Shown here piece after piece: positions 16,953-23,637 of a DNA stretch of 25,117 nucleotides. This DNA is from Candidatus Moanibacter sp. Its GTDB lineage: Bacteria; Verrucomicrobiota; Verrucomicrobiia; Opitutales; UBA2987. The notes under the pieces were generated by a model, which was not told the origin of the DNA, did no database searches, and saw nothing but the letters and a program-made list of their open reading frames with translations. Every line of letters starts with the position of its first letter. Position 1 is the first letter of the stretch. The stretch lies in assembly GCA_965215885.1 (NCBI GenBank), contig CBDCEW010000017.1, forward strand, positions 1 to 25,117, written 5' to 3'. The translations under genes were made by a program, and so were the position numbers.

Positions 16953-17067
16953 GGGTAAACCCCGATGTCTCAATCGCCTTCGAAAGGGCGGGATGTATGT
17001 ATTTCTTATTCAACGAGGCTTTGAAATTTTCACAGCAATTGGCCATACGGGAGAGCCCTTTCGAAGG
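16953..17067. repeat. 115-bp direct repeat, copy B (intergenic copy of the gspJ leader)
   Basis: Five substitutions vs copy A. Encodes a 39-aa minus-strand mini-ORF (17046-16927) MANCCENFKASLNKKYIHPALSKAIETSGFT-PMVQKIEN. Begins inside the hairpin CATCGGGGTAAACCCCGATG (16948-16967). Confidence 0.95.
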
Positions 17068-17113
17068 GCGTGAACGATCAAGGTCAGCTGGAATTCCTTT
17101 GAGTAGATAGGAT

Positions 17114-17626
17114 TCACTGCCAGTCGAATGCGAGACGGTTCGAGTGCAGACGATCGCGGTTTTCCGCAATGAGTTCGCTTCGTTCCACCGGATCTGACCA
17201 GGTGGGACGGAGAAGAAAGAGCTCTTGTTCATACACCTCGATTTCGCCGTTGTCAGGGGATTCCATTTCAATAATCAATAGGACGTTGAAGAGATCGCTA
17301 ACAGTGGTGGATTCAATAGTTGCGTACCAGATGGCACTTCCCGATGAGAGTGTGATTACCTCACCGCCCTCCTCGAACTCCTCGCGATCGGCTACTTTGA
17401 GGGCCTGGGCCCGCACAAGCCTGACGTCGGATAGAATAGCAGCTTCGCTTTCGATTGAGTCCAGGCTCAATAGAGTATTCACAAAGCTCTGCGTCAACAT
17501 GACGACAGCAATGGAGAAGATGGCAAGGGCGATAGTTACCTCGACAATGGTAAACCCCATGGGCTCATTTGCCTTCGCAACCGCGAATAGCTGCGGGCTA
17601 GAGTGGACTGACCGTGAATTCGGCAT
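17114..17626 (-). CDS. gspI: Type II secretion system minor pseudopilin GspI-like
   Basis: Prepilin motif MG|FTIVEVTIALAIFSIAVV. Position between gspH and gspJ. Start uncertain (ATG 17641, 17626 or 17560). Confidence 0.8.
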   Translation of the reverse strand: MPNSRSVHSSPQLFAVAKANEPMGFTIVEVTIALAIFSIAVVMLTQSFVNTLLSLDSIESEAAILSDVRLVRAQALKVADREEFEEGGEVITLSSGSAIWYATIESTTVSDLFNVLLIIEMESPDNGEIEVYEQELFLLRPTWSDPVERSELIAENRDRLHSNRLAFDWQ

Positions 17627-18119
17627 CAGAGAAGGGATCATAGCGATGGGTTGATTCCTGTTGGTTATACTTCAGATGTACCTCGAAGGGGGTGGATGAC
17701 CGATCGGGATGGAAAGCGACGCGTAGGGCAGGTTTCCGGTCGGGCCCAAGACGGTTTGAGAAGGTGGTGCCGGTAGAAGGAAGCAATCGGAAAAAATGAA
17801 TCCCGATTGAGGGATCTTCGGGTTCGTAGCCGGTCGAGAAGGCATGGACGATGCGGTGCCGGGAGTCGGTCACAATAAACCGACTCTCTTCCGCGTCAAA
17901 GGAGAGATAGACAGGTTCCTTGTTTTTCGCAGCGGCATAGCGGGCTTCGCGGACAGCGATCTTCAGAATCTCCGGTAGCGGCTTATCATCAAATCCTCCC
18001 AGAATCGCATTTGCATTGATCACTACAATACTGCTCATGATGGCCAAAACAGCGATGGCCAACATAAGTTCGATGAGGGTGAAGGCGCGCCATGCATGAT
18101 GCGGTCTGAATTTCTTCAT
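17598..18119 (-). CDS. gspH: Type II secretion system minor pseudopilin GspH/FimT-like
   Basis: 173 aa. Basic leader and RA|FTLIELMLAIAVLA, AVREARYAA, VAFHPD..STP, RYDPFS. Follows gspG. Confidence 0.85.
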   Translation of the reverse strand: MKKFRPHHAWRAFTLIELMLAIAVLAIMSSIVVINANAILGGFDDKPLPEILKIAVREARYAAAKNKEPVYLSFDAEESRFIVTDSRHRIVHAFSTGYEPEDPSIGIHFFRLLPSTGTTFSNRLGPDRKPALRVAFHPDRSSTPFEVHLKYNQQESTHRYDPFSDAEFTVSPL

Positions 18120-18216
18120 GTCGAAGTGAGTGTAGAAAGCGTCGCTAAAGCAGGTATAAACGGGTGAATTCGGAGAAAGTTGCGAATTTGGTCCTTACTT
18201 GGAGAAGAGAATTGAA

Positions 18217-18508
18217 TCCCGGCGCGCCGGGAGAAACGAAGGGAAAGAGAGAAAAATTCTCACGCAACGGTCTTCGGCCGGCAAGCGGCACTACGCCCTA
18301 TCGAGAAGACGCAAAGTCGCAAAGAGGGGAGAGAAGGTCAGAATCACTTCGGACGATAGTACGGGAGGATTTTGGAAATCCCGGCAAGCTGGGAAAAGCA
18401 GAGCGAGGCGAAGTCGACTCTGTGTACCTCTTTGTTTCTCAGTGTTCCTCTGTGGCCCCTATTTTGTCCTGTGGTCCTACGGTCCTGCGGCGCCCTGAAC
18501 TCTGAACT
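18217..18508. repeat. Tandem-repeat/palindrome mosaic in the gspG-gspH spacer
   Basis: TCCCGGCGCGCCGGGA (18217-18232); WCGCAAAG octamers (18309-18324); TCCCGGCAAGCTGGGA (18379-18394); CTC-led decamers x4 (18418-18457); GTCCTRYG x3 (18466-18489); CTGAACT x2 (18495-18508). Confidence 0.75.
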
Positions 18509-18554
18509 CTATGGTTGCGGCGGTAAACTGGGGGACGGGCCTGCCGACCGGAAC

Positions 18555-18995
18555 TTAATCCCAGTTACCTATGTCGTCGGCGCTTTGAGCTCCATCGGGC
18601 CCGTAGGAAAAGAGGTCGAATTTCTTGGGGTTTTTAGTTCCCGGATGGCGGTATTGGTATGGATTACCCCATGGATCTTCGGGTAGTTTGTCGATATAGG
18701 GGCCCTTCCACTTGGCAGCCTTGCCTGGGGGTGCGGTAAGAAGAGCCTGGATGCCTTCCTGGGTAGTGGGGAAACTTCCCGTGTCGATACGAAATTTCAG
18801 GAGGCTGGCATCGAGGGAAGACTCGACGAAGCTCTTTGCGGTGGATTCCTGAGCGCCTCCAAAAATGCCGGTGAAATTCGTCACCACAACGCCTGCGAGG
18901 AGGGCAATAATTGCCAGGACTATCAGTATTTCGATAAGCGAAAATCCGGCTTTACGGATGACTGTGCTAAGTCCTGTTGTTTGCGCGAGAGACAT
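18555..18995 (-). CDS. gspG: Type II secretion system major pseudopilin GspG
   Basis: 146 aa. AG|FSLIEILIVLAII, FRIDTGSFPTTQEGIQAL, WKGPYI, DPWGNPYQYRHPG, FDLFSYGPDG..DDIGNW. Confidence 0.97.
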   Translation of the reverse strand: MSLAQTTGLSTVIRKAGFSLIEILIVLAIIALLAGVVVTNFTGIFGGAQESTAKSFVESSLDASLLKFRIDTGSFPTTQEGIQALLTAPPGKAAKWKGPYIDKLPEDPWGNPYQYRHPGTKNPKKFDLFSYGPDGAQSADDIGNWD

Positions 18996-19001
18996 TCCTT
19001 T

Positions 19002-19403
19002 TTACAATTCGGTAGATATACTGACGATATCCGCGCCCCCCAACTTGGTCTCATCGATGGCACGCACTACCAGACCTGCGGCAGCGGCCTCGTCGACCTG
19101 CAGAATCACGGGCATCATGTCTTTGGTTGTAAGACGGCGAACAATGGGCCTGATACCCGCGATACCAACCTCACGTCCACCATACACAATCTGGTTGGTG
19201 CTGGTAATAGCAATCAGGATACTATTTTTCTTGAGGTCAAGAGCCATCACGGCGGGTGGCTTATCGATATCTACTCCCGGTTCTTCCACGAATACGGTGG
19301 TTACGATAAAGAAGATCAGAAGGATGAATACCATGTCGATCATCGGAGAAATGTTGATTTCACTGATTTCAGATTGTCCTTCGATGATACTCTTGTTTCT
19401 CAT
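19002..19403 (-). CDS. exbD: ExbD/TolR family biopolymer transport protein
   Basis: 133 aa. EINISPMIDMVFILLIFFIVTT TM with the conserved Asp, and periplasmic VILQVD..VVRAID..KLGG. Confidence 0.95.
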   Translation of the reverse strand: MRNKSIIEGQSEISEINISPMIDMVFILLIFFIVTTVFVEEPGVDIDKPPAVMALDLKKNSILIAITSTNQIVYGGREVGIAGIRPIVRRLTTKDMMPVILQVDEAAAAGLVVRAIDETKLGGADIVSISTEL

Positions 19404-19489
19404 AGCTGCGAAATCGAATCAGGTAGAAAAAGTCGGATTAACCAATACAATGCGATCTGAAAATTCTACTGTAAGTGAGAGCCGCTCGA

Positions 19490-20878
19490 CTACTTCCTTA
19501 ATCCATTGAGAAAACCGATAGCGGTTTTTTCCATACTGCCGATTACTCCTTTGGCCTTCCGGCTGAGGAGAGCGTACATGATGAGAGCAGGGATGGCTAT
19601 AATTAGTCCAAACTTAGTGGTGACGAGCGCCTCGGAAATACCGGCGGACAGGTTGCTCGCATCTCCCGTGCCAAAGACGGTTATGAGGTTAAAAGTCTTA
19701 ATCATCCCCGTAACGGTACCGAGAAGACCGAAGAGGGGCGCGGTAGCAGCGGTGACTGCGATCAAAGGCAGCATCCTTTCCAACTTCGGTTGTGTCGCAA
19801 GCATTTTCTCGTAGAGGACTTCCTCAATGAAATCGGGATCGGCCTCAGCATTTTCTACCGCCGCTACGAGCATCTCACCGACCATTCCCTTAACCGATTT
19901 GGCATGGGCCATGGCCATCTCTGAATCACCGGCCCTAATATGCTGGAGTATGATGTGAAGGTCCTGAGAGCGCGCCTCCTTAACGTTGCTGATTTCGAAC
20001 CACTTAAAGATAGCAACAATGAGCGCAAAGGTTGCCAACCCGAGAATTGGATACATGACCAATCCACCCTTCTTGATTTCTTCGACTTGGGTTTCGTGGG
20101 TAGCGGCGATCTTAAAGGCATCCCCGAGGGTCGAATCGATCGGAACGATTCCCTCTTTTGTGTTCGATAGTTGCGTAATACCTTCGTCAAAATCGTCCGA
20201 GATACTGTGAATAATGGCATTTTCCGAGGTGATATCGAGAGCAGGCAATCCTGTCTTTCCGCTCTTGCTGGTGAAGAAAGAAATCGGGCCGACGATGACA
20301 AATGTTCCCTCTTCGTAGTTTCCGTTCGGCATGATGGCACTTCCCTGAAATGAATCTCCACCAAACGAACGCTCCAGTCTCTCGAGTGCCGCATCGACAG
20401 CGTTCAATTGCGCTCTGAGCTTCTGATTTTCTGCAATTTCGAAATCATCCTCGGCCGCCCTGGCCTTGTTGAGCCGATCCTGGTAGAGGAGTCTTTCACC
20501 GACATGGATATGGGATTCAAAGGTCCTGATGTGTTCGCCGAGGGATCTTGAGAGGAAACTGTTAGTAGCTTTGAGCCTTGCAATTAGATCCCGGTGAAAG
20601 CCGAGATCAATAACCTGGTTGTTGCGCAGGCGTTTCACGCGATCCGCCTCTTTTCGTCTCTCAGCGGCGGTGTTTTCCAACTTTCGCAGTGCATTTGCCA
20701 GTGGGATTTTCTCGCTTTCGATTTTCCTGCGTAGGTCGGCTAGCTCTCGCAGTGAATTCTCCAGATCGATTTCATTGACGCGACTTATGTCATCACTCTG
20801 TGCGGACAGAATGGTGGAGCCTAAGAAAGCCAGGCAGAGTAGAGTCTTTTTCACGATCTGAGGAAGAGGAGGGATCAA
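19490..20878 (-). CDS. exbB: MotA/TolQ/ExbB proton channel family protein, long (TtpC-like) form
   Basis: 462 aa (TTG 20878 overlapping the upstream stop; GTG 20854 alternative). Signal peptide, long coiled-coil periplasmic region, KGGLVMYPI, APLFGLLGTVTGMIKTF, GISEALVTTKFGLIIAIP. Confidence 0.9.
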   Translation of the reverse strand: MIPPLPQIVKKTLLCLAFLGSTILSAQSDDISRVNEIDLENSLRELADLRRKIESEKIPLANALRKLENTAAERRKEADRVKRLRNNQVIDLGFHRDLIARLKATNSFLSRSLGEHIRTFESHIHVGERLLYQDRLNKARAAEDDFEIAENQKLRAQLNAVDAALERLERSFGGDSFQGSAIMPNGNYEEGTFVIVGPISFFTSKSGKTGLPALDITSENAIIHSISDDFDEGITQLSNTKEGIVPIDSTLGDAFKIAATHETQVEEIKKGGLVMYPILGLATFALIVAIFKWFEISNVKEARSQDLHIILQHIRAGDSEMAMAHAKSVKGMVGEMLVAAVENAEADPDFIEEVLYEKMLATQPKLERMLPLIAVTAATAPLFGLLGTVTGMIKTFNLITVFGTGDASNLSAGISEALVTTKFGLIIAIPALIMYALLSRKAKGVIGSMEKTAIGFLNGLRK

Positions 20879-21672
20879 TCAAGAGAGACCGGAAGCTCTA
20901 CAAAATCCGCGGGTTTGATAAGGTTTTCGTACATCGCGATGGAACGGCCAATATCTGAGGCATGGTCGTCATCAGGAGTCCACACCCAGCCATGCGCTCC
21001 CGGCCTTCCGATTGCGGCGAAATCCTTGTTTCCGTCAACGAAGTATGCCTGTGCAAGACCCAGGTAGAGCGTTTTCACTTCGACGATATCTTCGGATTCT
21101 ACTCTACGCAGTTCGCTTATCACCGTAACTGTTTTGTTAAATTTATCCACTTCTTCGAATACTCTGAGCACTGCCATAATTCTTTCGCTCAAGGAAAGAT
21201 CGGAAGCTCCCGGCTCAACCGGGATCTGTGCCAGAAACTGGGAAATTCTGTCGACGAGCGGCTCTGGAAAGCGTTTCACCAGAGAATGGATATCCGCTTC
21301 GTAGGCGCGGACCTTTTTCTCCACGATAGCGGCGGCATCCCGTAGAGTGGCCTCCTCTCGGCGCAGTACGTTTTGTTTGCTCTCCGCTTCTCCGGCCTGT
21401 TCTTCGGCCTCGGCAATTTGCTCGTCAAGTCCGCGAATTTCCGTCTCCAGAAGTTCGACATTGTAGGATAGAAGCTCCTTTTGTTCGTGCCAGTTGCTTC
21501 GCTCCGCAGAAATGAGCTGGCGCGTATGCACCCATTTGCTGAGGATCGATTCACCATTATTCTGATATTGGGAAGAACCCTGGGCCCGGCCGCTTATCGG
21601 AAGAGCCGAGACGAGCGACAGGAGTAACGAAACAGACACGATCTTAAGGTGCATGAACTTTGAGGATTTCAC
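20875..21672 (-). CDS. DUF3450 family (TtpB-like) exported coiled-coil protein
   Basis: 265 aa (GTG 21672; ATG 21654 alternative). Signal peptide, long coiled coil, then LSERIMAVL, VEVKTLYLGLAQAYFV, GWVW, FVELPV. Directly upstream of a long ExbB, the usual DUF3450 context. Confidence 0.8.
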   Translation of the reverse strand: MKSSKFMHLKIVSVSLLLSLVSALPISGRAQGSSQYQNNGESILSKWVHTRQLISAERSNWHEQKELLSYNVELLETEIRGLDEQIAEAEEQAGEAESKQNVLRREEATLRDAAAIVEKKVRAYEADIHSLVKRFPEPLVDRISQFLAQIPVEPGASDLSLSERIMAVLRVFEEVDKFNKTVTVISELRRVESEDIVEVKTLYLGLAQAYFVDGNKDFAAIGRPGAHGWVWTPDDDHASDIGRSIAMYENLIKPADFVELPVSLD

Positions 21673-21891
21673 CGTATTGCCTTGAATAGCAAGCCCAATA
21701 TAGCAGCCTGACGGACATTATCCCTGTTTTGGAAGAGTTAATCGAATTCGTGATTATTGTGGACGTGGGTCCCGGAAGAAACTGGAATGGCGGTATTTAC
21801 GAAATCCGGTAATTAGCCGGGAATCACACCATTTAACTCTTTACAGGAGCCGTCGAAGTGCCTTTTCTTCCACGATTCTCTGATAAATACC

Positions 21892-22086
21892 ATGCATAAG
21901 ACCCGAAAGTCCATGGCCAAGCGATTCAAGGTATCAGGAACGGGAAAGTTGCTGCGCCGCACGCCGAGGCAACGCCATCTGATGCGAAAACTGAACAAAA
22001 AGCAGAAGCGTCGTGCCGCCGTTGATAGACCCGTGGCGAAAGCCCTCGCCCGCGAAGTGAGAGTGGCCGCTCCCAAGATGTTCTAG
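21892..22086 (+). CDS. rpmI: 50S ribosomal protein L35
   Basis: 64 aa basic protein KTRKSMAKRFKVSGTGKL..RHLM.K..KQKRR, upstream of rplT. Confidence 0.95.
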   Translation: MHKTRKSMAKRFKVSGTGKLLRRTPRQRHLMRKLNKKQKRRAAVDRPVAKALAREVRVAAPKMF

Positions 22087-22174
22087 TGTCGGAATCCACA
22101 GTACGTGTTTACGCACTAAAGCAGCCTGCCACCACCACCAGACCCGAATCTCGAATGTCGAGGAGTTTAAGAAC

Positions 22175-22537
22175 ATGCCAAGAGCAGGAAACGCACCCGC
22201 AACAAGAAGGCGAAGAAAGCGCACCCTAAAGAAAGCGCGTGGATATTGGGGAAATAAATCGCGGCTCTACCGGTTTGCCAAGGATGCGGTGGATCGCGCC
22301 GGCCAGTATGCTTATCGGGACAGGAGGAAGAAAAAGAGTGAATGGCGGAAACTGTGGATCGTGCGGATAAATGCAGCTTGTCGCGCGCATGATATTTCTT
22401 ACAGCCGCTTCATGCATGGATTGAAAGTTGCGGGGATTGAACTGGATCGGAAGGCACTTTCGGAATTGGCGATTCATGATGAGGGAGCTTTTGCCGGCTT
22501 GATTGAGAAGGCCGCGGCGGCGCTGAATTCGGGCTGA
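22175..22537 (+). CDS. rplT: 50S ribosomal protein L20
   Basis: 120 aa. ARGYWG, YAYRDRRKKKSEWRKLWIVRINAA, ISYSRFM.GL, LDRKALSELA. GAGGAG SD upstream. Confidence 0.98.
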   Translation: MPRAGNAPATRRRRKRTLKKARGYWGNKSRLYRFAKDAVDRAGQYAYRDRRKKKSEWRKLWIVRINAACRAHDISYSRFMHGLKVAGIELDRKALSELAIHDEGAFAGLIEKAAAALNSG

Positions 22538-22596
22538 TATTCTCCCCTTTTGCGGAAAGACTGATTTGAATTCGGTTGCAGCCGAATCTGCTCGTA

Positions 22597-23637
22597 ATGG
22601 AAGAAACCCTCCAGTCCATATTGGCTGAGACGGGAAGAGGCATAGAAACCCTCGATACCCGGGCCGATTGGGATAATTTTAAGGCGAAGATTCTCGGCCC
22701 TAAAGGATCGCTTACGCAGGCGATGAAAGGGATTGGACAGCTACCCAAAGAGGAGCGTCCAGGATTCGGAAAGCGGATCAATGAAGTTAAAAAGGAAGTT
22801 GAAGGGCTATTCGGGCAATCCCTCAAGAAAATCGAGGAAGCGAATCTCGCTGCTAGCCTGGGACCGCCTATCGATCCCACTCTCCCGAGTCCGGATGCGC
22901 GGCGGGGATCGAGGCATTTATTGACCCAGGTAAGGAGGGAGATTTGTTCGATATTCAAACAGATCGGGTTCGCGGTGGAGGAGGGCACTGAGGTCGAGAC
23001 AGAGTTTTTCTGTTTCGACGCGCTCAATACGCCGGCGGATCATCCGGCCCGGGATCTGCAGGACACCCTTTATCTTCCGGAAAGCGCTCGCTTCGCCAAT
23101 GTTTCAAAAATGAGGGATGAGCGTTACCTTTTGCGGACGCATACTTCTACAGTGCAGATCCGCACCATGCTGGAACGCGGACCGCCCTTGCGAATCATTT
23201 CACCGGGCCGTGTATTCCGAAGAGACACGACGGATGCGACTCATAGCCCGAACTTTCATCAAATCGAGGGGCTTTACGTAGATCGCAACGTCTCCGTAAA
23301 GGACCTTAAGGCGGCGCTCGACTACTTCTCGCACTCTCTTTTGGGGAAGGACGCGAAGACGCGTTTCAGACCTCATTTTTTCCCTTACACGGAGCCGAGT
23401 TTCGAAGTCGATTTCGATTCCGCGAATCTGGCCAAAGTCGGCACGGAGTGGACCGAAATAATGGGGTGTGGCATGGTGCATCCGGCGGTATTCGAGGCCG
23501 TCGGGTATGATCCCAACGTCTGGACCGGATACGCTTTCGGATTAGGGATCGATCGGATTGCCATGATCCTCTATGGCGTCGACGACATCCGGGTTCTTTT
23601 CCAGAACGATTTGAGGTTTTTGAGGCAATTTGGGTGA
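22597..23637 (+). CDS. pheS: Phenylalanine--tRNA ligase alpha subunit
   Basis: 346 aa from ATG 22597. FDALN..DHPARD..DT, LLRTHTS.VQIR, PGRVFRRD..DATHSP.FHQIEGL, FFPYTEPS, GCGMVHP, GYAFGLGIDRIAM. Confidence 0.98.
   Translation: MEETLQSILAETGRGIETLDTRADWDNFKAKILGPKGSLTQAMKGIGQLPKEERPGFGKRINEVKKEVEGLFGQSLKKIEEANLAASLGPPIDPTLPSPDARRGSRHLLTQVRREICSIFKQIGFAVEEGTEVETEFFCFDALNTPADHPARDLQDTLYLPESARFANVSKMRDERYLLRTHTSTVQIRTMLERGPPLRIISPGRVFRRDTTDATHSPNFHQIEGLYVDRNVSVKDLKAALDYFSHSLLGKDAKTRFRPHFFPYTEPSFEVDFDSANLAKVGTEWTEIMGCGMVHPAVFEAVGYDPNVWTGYAFGLGIDRIAMILYGVDDIRVLFQNDLRFLRQFG

Noticed and set aside
16708..17067. 115-bp near-identical pair as a diversity-generating retroelement TR/VR
   Set aside because: The five differences (A/T, T/C, A/T, T/C, G/A) are not confined to adenines of one copy on either strand. 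The repeat covers an N-terminal leader, and no reverse transcriptase is in the window.
6217..18995. Type IV pilus or competence cluster instead of T2SS
   Set aside because: The major pilin has GspG-specific C-terminal motifs, a GspK is present, the secretin has a GspD-type N-domain series, and no PilT retraction ATPase is seen.
19404..19489. Remnant of a short exbB between the long exbB and exbD
   Set aside because: Minus-strand translations of the 86-bp gap show no ExbB-like motif.
6157..21345. Numerous + strand ORFs in the track (e.g. 6157-6633, 6835-7524, 9176-9871, 13236-13871, 18865-19509)
   Set aside because: Antisense shadows of well-supported minus-strand genes. Several ends are translations of the repeat tracts (YRRERRERR, YRRKRRERR).
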